DNA of 64,000 nt from Ignavibacteriota bacterium (GTDB lineage Bacteria > Bacteroidota > Ignavibacteria > UBA10030 > CAVZMI01). Of this stretch, positions 28,682 through 39,507 are shown in pieces. The DNA is taken from contig CAVZMI010000023.1 of NCBI GenBank assembly GCA_963776275.1, positions 320,001-384,000 of the forward strand, written 5' to 3'. Made by a program: the position numbers and the translations under genes. The stretch's first letter is position 1; every line of letters starts with the position of its first letter. The notes under the pieces were generated by a model. The model was not told the origin of the DNA. It was given only the letters and a program-made list of their open reading frames with translations, and did not search any database.

Positions 28682-28744
28682 TGCAATCTTGGCAGAGGAA
28701 TATGCATGAATGGCATCAATCAAATAAAACCTGCAAGTATGTCA
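28682..28744. promoter_or_regulatory. Three imperfect palindromes, putative activator-binding sites
   Basis: TGCAATCTTGGCA(28682), TGCATGAATGGCA(28703), TGCAAGTATGTCA(28732). Confidence 0.45.
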
Positions 28745-28759
28745 TAGAAACCAGATGGA

Positions 28760-28788
28760 TTGACTTTTGAAATGATTTTTCATAGAAT
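28760..28788 (+). promoter_or_regulatory. Putative sigma70 promoter of birA-coaX
   Basis: TTGACT, 17-nt spacer, TAGAAT. Confidence 0.6.
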
Positions 28789-28831
28789 GGTAAGTACTTG
28801 TCAAAACAGGAGTATCTGATATTCACTCTCA

Positions 28832-29614
28832 ATGATTTCACAAGCGCAAATACGTCGAGATCTGGGGACAAAAACTTTTGGGAAGAAGGTATTCACCTTC
28901 GATACACTCGACTCCACGAATAACTGTGTGAAGGTTTTGGCAAATGCCGGATTAGAAGAAGGACTTGTTGTCTATTCGGAATATCAGAGCGCCGGCCGCG
29001 GTCGTGTAGGACGAACCTGGGAATCCGAGGAAGCTAAAAACGTGCTCTTTTCATTGCTTCTTCGACCGCCGGAGACAATCGCCCAGATCAACCTCCTTAC
29101 ATTTTATGTTGCAGCGAGTATTTCTGAAGCAGTTGAAACAGTAACGGGGCTCACCGTCGAATGTAAATGGCCGAACGATCTCACACATGAAGGTAAGAAG
29201 TTTTGCGGTATCCTTCTTGAGGCGTCATCCCAGCAAACATCAACGGATTTCGTAGTTGTCGGTGTCGGACTGAATGTCAATCAAACCAAGTTCAGCAGCA
29301 CCTTACAGGGGAAAGCAACTTCACTAAAGAACCAATGCAGGAAAGAAATCAACCGGGTTGCTCTTATACAGGAATGCATCCGCTGTCTTGAAAAACACTA
29401 TATGAATCTATCGACCAACGGATTTGCCGACATTCTTGAAGCCTGGAAATCACGATGTATTATGTTCAATAAAACAATCCGTGTGGATCATCACGGGATG
29501 TTTATCAGCGGTCTTGTAAAACGACTCGACCCGGATGGCGCTCTTGTCGTCGTATCTCATAACAAAGAAATCCGCCTACTTGCAGGCGATGTCACAGTAA
29601 TCGAAACCTTATAA
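28832..29614 (+). CDS. birA: Biotin--protein ligase (no N-terminal HTH)
   Basis: DSTN, QSAGRGRVGRTW, KWPND, KFCGIL, GVGLNV. Confidence 0.92.
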   Translation: MISQAQIRRDLGTKTFGKKVFTFDTLDSTNNCVKVLANAGLEEGLVVYSEYQSAGRGRVGRTWESEEAKNVLFSLLLRPPETIAQINLLTFYVAASISEAVETVTGLTVECKWPNDLTHEGKKFCGILLEASSQQTSTDFVVVGVGLNVNQTKFSSTLQGKATSLKNQCRKEINRVALIQECIRCLEKHYMNLSTNGFADILEAWKSRCIMFNKTIRVDHHGMFISGLVKRLDPDGALVVVSHNKEIRLLAGDVTVIETL

Positions 29615-29627
29615 ACGGGATCATATT

Positions 29628-30392
29628 ATGTTACTCGCAATCGATATTGGAAATACTCACACCGTTATCGGGGTGTTTGAACGAGACCGGCTAATTGGCG
29701 ACTGGCGGATTACGAGCGGTATTGCACGCACGGAAGATGAGATCGGAATATTTGTGAAATCATTCTGTAAAAACTCCTCTATTGATCCCGAACTGATCGT
29801 CCGGTCGGGAATATCATCGGTCGTCCCGAATCTTACACCGATCTATCAAAAAATGACAAAGAAATACTTCGACATTGAACCAACCATTATCTCACCCGCG
29901 CTCAATTTAGGGATTACCATCCTGTATGAAGATCCTTCAGCAGTTGGTACCGACCGTCTGTGCAACGCCGTGGCAGGATACACACAATATGGCGGTCATC
30001 TGATTATCATTGATTTCGGCACGGCAACGACCTATGACGTAATCTCAGAACAGGGTGAATATCTTGGAGGGGTCATCGCACCCGGAGTCGAGACTTCCTC
30101 GGCAGAGCTGCATCGCCGGGCGGCAAAGCTCCCGAAGATCGATACGGTATTTCCGGAGAAAGCAATAGGAAGAACGACCATCACAAGCATGCAGTCGGGA
30201 ATCTTATTTGGTGCTGTAGATTCTCTCGAGGGAATGGTAAAACGTATCAGCGCGGAATTGGGGAAAAAACCGACCGTGATCGGTACAGGGGGATTATCGG
30301 GAATGATCAGTCTGCAAACAACAGTAATCGATTTTGTCGTACCTTCGCTCGTTCTCGACGGGGTGCGGATTATTGTTGATCGTCAGAAATAA
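29628..30392 (+). CDS. coaX: Type III pantothenate kinase
   Basis: AIDIGNT, SSVVP, VGTDR, IDFGTATT, GGVIAPG, TGG. Confidence 0.93.
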   Translation: MLLAIDIGNTHTVIGVFERDRLIGDWRITSGIARTEDEIGIFVKSFCKNSSIDPELIVRSGISSVVPNLTPIYQKMTKKYFDIEPTIISPALNLGITILYEDPSAVGTDRLCNAVAGYTQYGGHLIIIDFGTATTYDVISEQGEYLGGVIAPGVETSSAELHRRAAKLPKIDTVFPEKAIGRTTITSMQSGILFGAVDSLEGMVKRISAELGKKPTVIGTGGLSGMISLQTTVIDFVVPSLVLDGVRIIVDRQK

Positions 30393-30495
30393 AAAAGCCT
30401 GTAAAAATATTCAAATACATTTCCGGTTTCCGATTTATAATTACCGGTTTATAATTTCGGCGTTTGGTATAAGCCTATGGCCGGTGAGGGTGTTT

Positions 30496-32508
30496 CTACT
30501 CTGCCGCTTCCAATACCAGTTCAGCAATATCCTTTATCCGTACTTTTTCTCCTGCTTCTTTTTCTTTAACACCGTCAACCAGCATGGTCATGCAGAACGG
30601 GCAAGCAGTTCCGATGATGTCCGGATTGACGGCCAGAGCTTCCTCGGTTCGTTCAATATTCACTCTTTTACCGGTATTTTCTTCCATAAACATGCGCCCG
30701 CCACCCCCCCCGCAGCAAAATCCCCGGTCGTGCGTGCGGTTCATTTCGTCAATGCGTACTCCCTGGATGCATCGAATGACGTTCCTCGGAGCGTCATACG
30801 TCCCGTTATACCGGCCGAGGTAACACGAATCATGGAACGTAATGCGTGTCTCACCTGCAGGCGATGTGTTACCGTCGATTCCTTTTTTCAATTTTAGCTT
30901 TCCTTCAGCAATTAGCTGTTCAAGGAATACGGAATGGTGTACAACTTCATATTTTCCGCCGAAATCAGGATACTCGTTTTTCAATGTATTTAGACAATGC
31001 GGACATGTAGTGACAATTTTTTGAACATGATATTTCTGGAACGTTGCGATATTTTCTTTCATAAGCATCTGTGCAAGATATTCGTTCCCCATACGACGGG
31101 CAGGATCGCCGGTACATTTCTCTTCTGTCCCGAGTATCGCAAAATCGACTCCTGCCATCTGCATCAACCGGGCAAACGATTGTGATACTTTTTTATAACG
31201 GGCATCGAAAGAACCGGCACATCCGACCCAGAAGAGAATTTTTGCGTCCGGATTTTCGGCGTATGTTTTTACTCCGAGACCTTCCGCCCAATCAGCCCTA
31301 CTGCTTGAACTGAAAGCCCACGGCGAGAAATTCGTTTCAAGATTCTTGAATGCACTCTGCAGTTCCTGAGGAAATTGCGATTCCATAAGAACCAACCCGC
31401 GCCGCATATCGATAATCGCATCGATATGTTCGATCATCACAGGACATTCCTGCATACAGGCCATACAGGTTGTACACGACCAGATCTCCTCATCTGTAAT
31501 ATGTGCATGGACGAGCGTCTTCTCCGCGATATCCTGAGGTATATCCCCTCCGGCAATCCGCGCCGGAGCTTTTTCCATCAGGCGCTCGCGGATATCCACC
31601 ACGATTTTTCGCGGTGAGAGCGGTTTCCCTGTGATGTTTGCCGGACAGACCGATGTACACCGTCCGCACTCCGTACATGTATATCCGTCGAGAAGCTGTT
31701 TCCAGGTCAGGTCATCTACATCAAGCGCGCCGAACCGCTCGAGCTTTTCATCCTCAAGATTAATCGGTTTCAATGCCGCACGAGACCGACGGTACGAGAG
31801 ATAGACATTGGGTATGGATGTCAAAACATGAAGATGCTTAGAATAGGGTAAATAATTCAGGAATCCGAGGATTAGAATAATATGTACCCACCAAAAAATT
31901 TCACTCCAGATGTGAACACTTTCTGATGAGACTCCCGAATAAAGTCCGACAAGCAGAGATGATACCGGATGATCGAACCCGGCAGCAGCTTTTCCTAAGA
32001 CAATTCGTGTAGCATTTTGCAGGAGAAGCGAGGTTACAATCACAAAAATCATGCACAAAATCGCGCCGGCATCCATGGAGCCACGACGATCGACCTGAAG
32101 ACGCGGCACACGGGTAACAAATCTCCGGTATAATGAAACAATAACTGCAATCGCGACAAAGAGACAAAATATTTCCTGTGAAAGAATTATGAATGAATAT
32201 GCACCACCCAGAAACGAGAGCGAAAACGCTCCCAGTACTCCCTCTCCAATTGATTCTATGACAGCCAGAATCAACACCAGAAATCCCCAGAAAATTGCAG
32301 CATGAAGGATACCGGCAAGCGGATCGCGAAGAAGCTTCTTCTGTCCGAGAGCGATAACAAGAACATCCTTGAGCCGTCGGGACAAATTCCCCCTACGGTT
32401 TTCCTTCTGCCCAATTTTTAGATACGACAGAAGCCGCCGGACGTTGTACACAAACCCGCTAAAGGCAATGAGTAGAATCAGTGAGAACAGAGTTGCTTTC
32501 AGCGTCAT
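30496..32508 (-). CDS. Membrane-bound Fe-S oxidoreductase (FadF/HdrD-like, CCG domains)
   Basis: N-terminal TM domain; CTECGRCTSVCP and CTTCMACMQECP; FHDSCYLGRYN, CCGGGGG, TACPFC. Confidence 0.88.
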   Translation of the reverse strand: MTLKATLFSLILLIAFSGFVYNVRRLLSYLKIGQKENRRGNLSRRLKDVLVIALGQKKLLRDPLAGILHAAIFWGFLVLILAVIESIGEGVLGAFSLSFLGGAYSFIILSQEIFCLFVAIAVIVSLYRRFVTRVPRLQVDRRGSMDAGAILCMIFVIVTSLLLQNATRIVLGKAAAGFDHPVSSLLVGLYSGVSSESVHIWSEIFWWVHIILILGFLNYLPYSKHLHVLTSIPNVYLSYRRSRAALKPINLEDEKLERFGALDVDDLTWKQLLDGYTCTECGRCTSVCPANITGKPLSPRKIVVDIRERLMEKAPARIAGGDIPQDIAEKTLVHAHITDEEIWSCTTCMACMQECPVMIEHIDAIIDMRRGLVLMESQFPQELQSAFKNLETNFSPWAFSSSSRADWAEGLGVKTYAENPDAKILFWVGCAGSFDARYKKVSQSFARLMQMAGVDFAILGTEEKCTGDPARRMGNEYLAQMLMKENIATFQKYHVQKIVTTCPHCLNTLKNEYPDFGGKYEVVHHSVFLEQLIAEGKLKLKKGIDGNTSPAGETRITFHDSCYLGRYNGTYDAPRNVIRCIQGVRIDEMNRTHDRGFCCGGGGGRMFMEENTGKRVNIERTEEALAVNPDIIGTACPFCMTMLVDGVKEKEAGEKVRIKDIAELVLEAAE

Positions 32509-32775
32509 GAAGGCTCCTTAGAAAATTAATGCGGCGGAGTATTACAGGATCATCTCAGCAAAAAAAATTCTGACAAATTATCAGATGAATGAGGTAAAGG
32601 ATATCTCGATTTTGATTGCAGATAATAGTACGACTCGATTCGACAGACAATGTCTGGATTCGCTCATTACTGTGCCCTGTTTTTTATAGGGAATAATAGT
32701 TGGCAGGGCACCAGTGATGTAATCTAATCCTTATCAGAATAGCAACATCAAGGTGGCCGGGTTAATTAGCAATAG

Positions 32776-32839
32776 ATAGCCATATCGAGATATCATTATT
32801 GAAATAGTAGGCCTACAAGTGTGATCTCGATATGGCTAT
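32776..32839. repeat. Perfect 16-bp inverted repeat with 32-nt loop
   Basis: ATAGCCATATCGAGAT(32776-32791)/ATCTCGATATGGCTAT(32824-32839). Confidence 0.8.
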
Positions 32840-32957
32840 TGAATTTGCGAACGAACTCTGTGACCTAGCTTTTTAAATCCTCTATAAATTGTCCACTGCC
32901 GACTGGCCGCGCACACTTAGATAACAAATAAAATACGAATCGAGACCGCTATAAAGA

Positions 32958-33854
32958 TCACACAGGGATCATTTGCTCGCTGACCACGACCGCTTTTCCA
33001 CCGATTGTGACGCGCGTTATTATCCCGCGTTTCGCATGGATGTCGACCAGCACACGACCGGAACGTCCGATTGCATCTCCCTGCTCACCGATTATAAACC
33101 GGCGGCCGTTGGTCGGCTTTATTTTCTTATTGAGCACACAGAGTGCGCCGAGTGGTCCGTTAGCCGATCCGGTTACGGGATCTTCGTTGATTCCGACCGT
33201 CGGTGCAAAGAATCGTGAATGAAACGCCGATTTCGGCTCGACAGTCTCTCTCGTATATACGCACATTCCGTAGATTTTCTTGGCTGTGAGATATTCTTTC
33301 ATTTTGTCAAAATTCGGCTTCATCAACAGAAGGAGCGGCAACCTTGATATCTCGACATACAAATGATTGTCAAAGGGAACGGCCGTTTTAAAAAGAAAGG
33401 CCTCAGTAGGAATTCCCAGAATTGCCGCCAGATCTTTCTTCTGACATTTCATGGGAATAAAATTTGGTATTGGGAGTCCGAAATGCACGATCGTTTTTTT
33501 TGCTATCTTGACCGTAACAGGAAGAATCCCGGATTTTGTCTGAAGACGGAATTTGTATGTTCCCGGTTTCAGCATATTATACCGATGGAATTGTGCAAGC
33601 GTAAAGAAACTTGCTATCGTGGCGTGTCCGCACAGCGGCACTTCTTCTTGCGGCGTAAACCACCGAATCTTCAGATCGGCGCCCTGTTCGGTTGGAGGAA
33701 GCACGAAGGCGGTCTCGGAAAAGTCCATCACCTTTGCAATAGCAAGCATTTGTGCGTTGCTGAGCTTATCGCCGTCGAGAACCACGCCCGCAGGATTTCC
33801 TGCATAAGGCGAATCGGTAAACGCATTCACTTGATATACTGAGATTGGTGTCAT
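32958..33854 (-). CDS. PhzF family isomerase
   Basis: GNPAGVV, SETAFV, RWFTP-EVPLCGHAT, EDPVTGSA. Confidence 0.9.
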   Translation of the reverse strand: MTPISVYQVNAFTDSPYAGNPAGVVLDGDKLSNAQMLAIAKVMDFSETAFVLPPTEQGADLKIRWFTPQEEVPLCGHATIASFFTLAQFHRYNMLKPGTYKFRLQTKSGILPVTVKIAKKTIVHFGLPIPNFIPMKCQKKDLAAILGIPTEAFLFKTAVPFDNHLYVEISRLPLLLLMKPNFDKMKEYLTAKKIYGMCVYTRETVEPKSAFHSRFFAPTVGINEDPVTGSANGPLGALCVLNKKIKPTNGRRFIIGEQGDAIGRSGRVLVDIHAKRGIITRVTIGGKAVVVSEQMIPV

Positions 33855-33862
33855 AAGTCTTC

Positions 33863-34291
33863 CTATTCTCCAATAAGTTGAACAACTATTTTTCGAGAAC
33901 GACTTCTGTTATCAAAATCAATCAGGACAATTTGCTGCCAGGTTCCGAGCAGCAGCTTACCTTTTGAGAACGGCACGATGAGGGTCGGCCCCAGCAATGA
34001 AGCACGTACGTGAGCGTATCCGTTTCCGTCTCCCCAGGTAGCATCATGATGGTACAGTTTTGCAACGGGCGCCATTCGTTCAAACGCCTCCGGAAGATCA
34101 GCCCTGAGTCCCGGTTCGTACTCCACGGTCGTGACACTTGCAGTCGAACCCGAGACAAAAACGGTTGCATTCCCTTCTTTATATTCATGTTTCTTGAGGA
34201 GCGCGCCAACGCGTTCTGTGATATCGATGATATCGGTGTCTCCCTTCGTCGATACCGAAATATAATCTGTTACAATCCGCAGGGCACTCAC
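33863..34291 (-). CDS. yjbQ: YjbQ/UPF0047 family protein
   Basis: GSTAS, EYEPGL, GNGYAHVRASLLG, LGTWQQI; GTG start at 34291 after GGAGAG. Confidence 0.85.
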   Translation of the reverse strand: MSALRIVTDYISVSTKGDTDIIDITERVGALLKKHEYKEGNATVFVSGSTASVTTVEYEPGLRADLPEAFERMAPVAKLYHHDATWGDGNGYAHVRASLLGPTLIVPFSKGKLLLGTWQQIVLIDFDNRSRSRKIVVQLIGE

Positions 34292-34304
34292 AGACTGCTC
34301 TCCA

Positions 34305-35153
34305 TCAGAGTCGAACTGCTGTAAGAATCGATCGGTCTTTAATATAAAACAACAATTCATCATGAAAGAAAAATGCGTCCGGCACGGGATATGAGACATT
34401 TGTATTGAGCGTCTCGGAAAATATTAAGCGTTTGTTCGCAATCGAGACAATTTTGAAATAATTGTTCAGGATATCCCGGTTCTCAGTCGATTTCACATTT
34501 TTTTCATAGTAATTGAAGAGAAGCATGTCATCATGTTCGATGAATTCGACGCTTCCGATCAATTCTTCCGTATTGACATGTTCATAAATAATTTTTCCCT
34601 GTTCACCTTCGCCGGAGATCAACGTTACCGGAAAAGTATAGCGGCGTTCATCGATTCCCAAATCAGGCATATTGCCAAATTTGTTCCGATCTGCACTTTC
34701 TTCCTGAATTATTCCGCTCTTTGAATCGAGCCGGCAGAAAATCCTTTTTCCAAAATAATATCCCTCGGCAACAATTGCGCCCTTATATGCCGAGAGCAAT
34801 CGAAGGCCCGGATTTTCCCAGAGAACCCTTCCTGAAAAAATATCGACAGCAACGATACCTTTATTTTCAGGCATATCCGGAGAAGCATAACCATGGATGA
34901 AGAGGGTATTTCCGTCGATAGCTTCGATCCCGCTCCACCATTCTTTTTCATACTTCTTCTCGCGCCAGAGAACTTTACCGCTCAATTCGTCGAGACAGAA
35001 ATAAATGAGCGATTTTTCCTCTTCGTCCCGGTCTTCACCTACAATCACCCCATTTTCAGAAAAAAGAACCCGCCAGATAACGCCTTTGGCGGTGAAAGTC
35101 CACTTCGATGCAATTCTCCCCGGCTTTAGAAAACTTAATATGCCCATCGGCAT
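34305..35153 (-). CDS. DUF4905-like beta-propeller protein
   Basis: IWRVL, GEDRD, WWSGIE, P..KGI and repeated SGKVLW/SGRVLW motifs. Confidence 0.65.
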   Translation of the reverse strand: MPMGILSFLKPGRIASKWTFTAKGVIWRVLFSENGVIVGEDRDEEEKSLIYFCLDELSGKVLWREKKYEKEWWSGIEAIDGNTLFIHGYASPDMPENKGIVAVDIFSGRVLWENPGLRLLSAYKGAIVAEGYYFGKRIFCRLDSKSGIIQEESADRNKFGNMPDLGIDERRYTFPVTLISGEGEQGKIIYEHVNTEELIGSVEFIEHDDMLLFNYYEKNVKSTENRDILNNYFKIVSIANKRLIFSETLNTNVSYPVPDAFFFHDELLFYIKDRSILTAVRL

Positions 35154-35386
35154 CCTTTATTTTAATAATATTACTTCTTTTTTCGATTATATTCAATGAG
35201 TTTTATCACTTGAATTAGGAGTCGTGAAACCTCTTTTCTTATGCCACTCCAGGGATCATTTATTGAATGTCAATAAAAACCCATCCCGACAAAATGTCTC
35301 TACGATTCATAGACCGCCGAAATCCAACGGTAGCGGATACAGGCAGAAAGTCGGGATGGGCAACATTCCAACGTCACTACATATAT

Positions 35387-37670
35387 CTATCTCAGCAGCA
35401 CCATCTTTTTGGTTTTTATAAACGATCCGGCTTGCAGCCTGTAGAAGTATACCCCCGATCCAACCGACAGACCCGATGTATTTTTCCCATCCCATTTCAC
35501 TTCATATGTGCCGGGATCCTGAACCTGATCGATTAATATAGCCACTTCTCTGCCAAGCATATCGTATATCGAAAGCCGTACGGGATTTTTCGTCGGGACT
35601 GCATAGCGAATGCTGGTCTCGGGATTGAAGGGATTCGGGTAATTCTGTGAAAGATCGAATATCTTTGGAGTAAGCACGATCGGCCGAGCAATTCCATTGG
35701 TGACATAATGAATATACGCTCGGACAAGATATCTCGCTGCACTATCCCACGCATCATTTGTCACTATGACATACCATTGTCTTCCTTTCGAACCGTTCGT
35801 CTCTGTAAAGCTATGGTGTGGATTGGCATCGGAATATGGCTCTGCACTCACCATCAACCCTGGTGCTGTTCCGTTACTCCCAAATGCAAATCCAACGGCA
35901 AATGGATAATTGAGATCGACGTTCCAACCGGAGACATCCGTCTTCACCCAATTTTGATATGGAATCGGATATGGATATGGAGGTGTACTGTCGGTACATA
36001 TCATTGTACCGGTGCCATAGTTTTGAGCGAAAGGAGATGAACTCGATGCGCCCGAATATTTCCAGATTCCATATGATATCGAGCCGGCCCGTCGGAAGGC
36101 AACTCTGATGCTGTCAAGCATGGCGCCGGGGGCAGCATCGAACTGTACGGCAACAGAATCACCCGTTGTATACGCATAGTAAAACTCGGGATTCCCATCG
36201 TCGTAAGCAATCTCCATAGGCTGCTGGACCCCGCTTATCCCGCTTGCCGTATAATGATAAATTGTTTTACTTCCAAAAATATTCGTGACAACGAATATTA
36301 TTTTATCATAACCTTGCCCAAAGTCGTTCTCAAGATAAGGAGTATCCGGTGCAACGTCGCTGACTTTTTCCCCGGCACTCCCTTTAGCAATGGCATGAAC
36401 GCTGGCCTTGGCATTGTCATATGAAAAGGTTGCGTTTAAAGAGTCGCCGCCCCAAAAAGTGATGTATCGGGTTCCGTATGCTTCGAGTGTATCATAGGTG
36501 GTAGGAACGTTCGGATTAGTAAATGTGCGATATGATGACGGATAGATTGAAATATTTATCTGTTTAAAGCCATACCTGGAATCATAAGTAGTGTCGTTCA
36601 AACCTGCGGCAATGGCAAAATTTTTCAGAGACGTCTAAAAACCGTAATGCTGTTACGTGTGATAATGCGTCGTTATACCCATTTAATCCAATACTGGTAC
36701 TTTGCACAATGTCTTTTGCAGTTACTGCCCCAAATTGCCCGATAATATACCATGTAAATAATCCAGCGCGAGAATATTCAGGGATCGAATTATCATAATC
36801 CCATCCGAGAAAATTCACATTTGTGTTGGCATAGTACCATGACGTAGCTTCAAATGCATAACCACATAATCTCATGGCCGATTCAGACAAGCCTTCATTA
36901 ACGAATGTAATCTCATCGGGATCGTAGTGGTAATGAATCATATGCTGGAATTCATGCGCGGTGAACGACGCTGCATTTGTCCTCCCTCCAACTGTTTTTA
37001 AATCGGTAGGATCGCAGTCGACATAATAAATTTCGGCTTCGTTTGAGTGACGGCCGGCTGGAAGACCCTCATCGTAATTTTCATTAAGACTATTGAAATA
37101 ACCGGCGACATATCCAACCGAGCTGGGATATTCATCTTTAATATCCAGGATAAGAATGATGATCTTCGGATCGCCATCGATATCCGGCGGGTTCCCGAAG
37201 TACTGAGTATCGAGATCATATATTCCCTTCGCTGGATCAGCAGGAGTTCTTGAATCGAAAGCAGCCATTACTGAATCTACCACTTCCTGGTTTGCACGCG
37301 TATTCCACGCTGCATCTTCTACAAAAATATAGCAGTGAGTCCCGACGGCGCGGCATGTCGATGGAACCAGATATTCATGTTGGCTGGAACCGCTGAAATC
37401 TGTTGCGTACCAGCTATGCGTGCTTCCGACATTAAAATCCCATGAAGCGGTTTTTCTCAGGCTTTGCATCTGCGGGTGTGTCCGAGCGTATTCCTTCAGG
37501 ATCGGACTGAGCTTTTCCCAATCTTTGTGGAGCAGATGAGAACCTGCGATGGGATAAGAGGGCTGGACTTTAGCCGTACTTTCCGCTGCAGGCGGCACAT
37601 ATGCCTTTTGTGCAAAAACCGGAAAAATTACGCCGAGTACCAGCGATATAATAATCGGAAGTTTATTCAT
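35387..37670 (-). CDS. Secreted zinc metallopeptidase (M30/immune-inhibitor-like) with FlgD-Ig/T9SS C-terminal domain; one frameshift near 36600-36630
   Basis: Signal peptide; AHEFQHMIH and NEGLSE in 36582..37670; QNYPNPFNP...GVYFYRL...KKMVLLR in 35387..36601. Confidence 0.8.
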
Positions 37671-37686
37671 TACACATTCTCCTTAT

Positions 37687-38175
37687 TTACTTAACGACCC
37701 GATATTTTTTGATCACGATCGCTTTACCCATTAAACCCTTTTTAATTGTACCGACTATCTTGATACGTTCCCCCTGCATTCTCCAGAGTTTTTTCATGAC
37801 CGTTGTATCTGCTTCGAGATTAATGCTCTTTGAAGGTCCAAGCGACAGCATCAAACGTGTGAAAGGTTCATTCCCGGCGACATATATTTCTCCGACTAAA
37901 GTATCGGCCGCCGCAGTTCTTAATTTCCTTGATCGGGAAGAAGTCATATATTTATTGGCTGAAGATTTAATTGTATCTTGCACTGCAGGCAGTATCGTTT
38001 TTGCAGTTGTATCCGATGAAGGTTTTTGTTCTTCATGGCAACCCTGGTTTCCATTTTGGTTCCCGCAGGTAGCTGGATCCGATGAAGGCTTCTGTTCTTC
38101 CTGTTGTTGCCGGGTGCACGAAGTTAAGAAAAGGATAATTATGATAATTAATATAATATTGAAAAGTGTTTTCAC
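37687..38175 (-). CDS. Lipoprotein of unknown function with a duplicated EEQKPSSD segment
   Basis: LTSC lipobox; near-identical 24-nt direct repeat at 38011-38034 and 38077-38100; GNEPF motif. Confidence 0.7.
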   Translation of the reverse strand: MKTLFNIILIIIIILFLTSCTRQQQEEQKPSSDPATCGNQNGNQGCHEEQKPSSDTTAKTILPAVQDTIKSSANKYMTSSRSRKLRTAAADTLVGEIYVAGNEPFTRLMLSLGPSKSINLEADTTVMKKLWRMQGERIKIVGTIKKGLMGKAIVIKKYRVVK

Positions 38176-38360
38176 TCTCGGTATCCGATATGTTCTCTAA
38201 GCAATTCCAGTTTCATTTACGCCTATGTTAAAGTCAAAGGCGCCCATCAGTCCGCTGACGTTTGATGAAGTGGGAGCAAGATTATATCCGGAAGTCCCGA
38301 CCAGAGCGGCATGAATAACCGGATGCCTATTTCCGAAAAGAGCGGCGATATAGGTTTTCA

Positions 38361-39380
38361 TTAGTTGTCCTGGATTAATTCCGGGATAACAGCGGAAATG
38401 AATGAAATGGAATGGATCATCAAACCAGACGAGGTTGTTTCAATCCGGAGGCGGTGCGGACCAAACTCTTTATTTTTTACGATGCAATACGATCGCGGTT
38501 CATCGACTCTGATTATGCTCGACAGGTCGGGCTCCACCGTCACATCGCTTCCCCGATTCAACTCATCGAGCGGCAACTCATCCTGAAAAATTTCAACAAT
38601 ACTCTTAATACTACCCGGCTGGAGGACACAATGGACTTCGGCAGCGGTATATGGGAAAATGATGTGCCCTTTCTCTCGGTTCTCACCCCGCATTTCGACG
38701 GCAGTACGCGAACTCCGCCATTTACCTTCAAGGTAAAAACGTCCTTCAATGTATTGATGCTGATCTGTATATTCCACCGTAGATTCCGGAGCATAGCCTT
38801 CGCTGTTCCCGAGACATCCGTGGACATATCCGGTCTGGAGTTCCGGTGTTGCCCGATAACAGAGAGCATCCGGACGATCTGTATCGCGGAGCGGCTCCAT
38901 CGGGAGCGGTAGCGGTTCGAAGCAACCGGTTTCGATCAGGAGGGACTGGAGTGAATGTTCCAGCGTGATATAATTTCCCTCACCGACAAATACATGGCGT
39001 ATGAAACCGTCTTTATCGATAAGATATTTTGTCGGGAGATATCGATTTCTGAATAGACCCCAGATAAGCTGTTGATTATCCACGACCACAGGATACTGAA
39101 TACCAAACCGTTCAATAGCACGCTGGACATTCTCGGGCTGCTGTCCGAAAGGAAACTGCGGTGCATGGATACCAATCACGACAAGACCATGGCCGTGGTA
39201 TCGGTGATACCATTCTTTTACATAGGGAATCGTCCGAAGACAGTTGACAGAGCTATAATCCCAAAAATCGATTAGAATAATCTGTCCTCGCAGCGCACCG
39301 AGCGGAAGGGGTTCAGAATTGAACCAGAAATCTCCATAAATCTCAGGTGCCCGAATTGACCTTGTACCGAATTCGACCAT
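38361..39380 (-). CDS. DipZ-like redoxin (thioredoxin fold plus C-terminal domain), SxxC active site
   Basis: WFNSEPL, LIDFWDYSSVNC, IGIHAPQF, GEGNY, TPEL. Confidence 0.8.
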   Translation of the reverse strand: MVEFGTRSIRAPEIYGDFWFNSEPLPLGALRGQIILIDFWDYSSVNCLRTIPYVKEWYHRYHGHGLVVIGIHAPQFPFGQQPENVQRAIERFGIQYPVVVDNQQLIWGLFRNRYLPTKYLIDKDGFIRHVFVGEGNYITLEHSLQSLLIETGCFEPLPLPMEPLRDTDRPDALCYRATPELQTGYVHGCLGNSEGYAPESTVEYTDQHQYIEGRFYLEGKWRSSRTAVEMRGENREKGHIIFPYTAAEVHCVLQPGSIKSIVEIFQDELPLDELNRGSDVTVEPDLSSIIRVDEPRSYCIVKNKEFGPHRLRIETTSSGLMIHSISFISAVIPELIQDN

Positions 39381-39507
39381 GGCTTTCCTTATGAAATGAT
39401 ACCCTTCTAACAAAATATAGATAACTTCTTTGCGAACAGCAAGGAAAGTAATCTTTAATTATGTTTATTTTTCCGAAGATACCCGAACCACCTCTTACTA
39501 ATAAATA

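Noticed and set aside
36582-36640. Protease and T9SS domain as two separate genes
   Set aside because: The ORFs overlap near A/T homopolymers and the downstream part lacks a signal peptide; one indel joins them.
38176-38360. Riboswitch or ncRNA in the redoxin-lipoprotein gap (also 45503-45880 and 22680-22880)
   Set aside because: No recognisable riboswitch, tRNA or other conserved RNA motif seen by eye; an Rfam scan would be needed.
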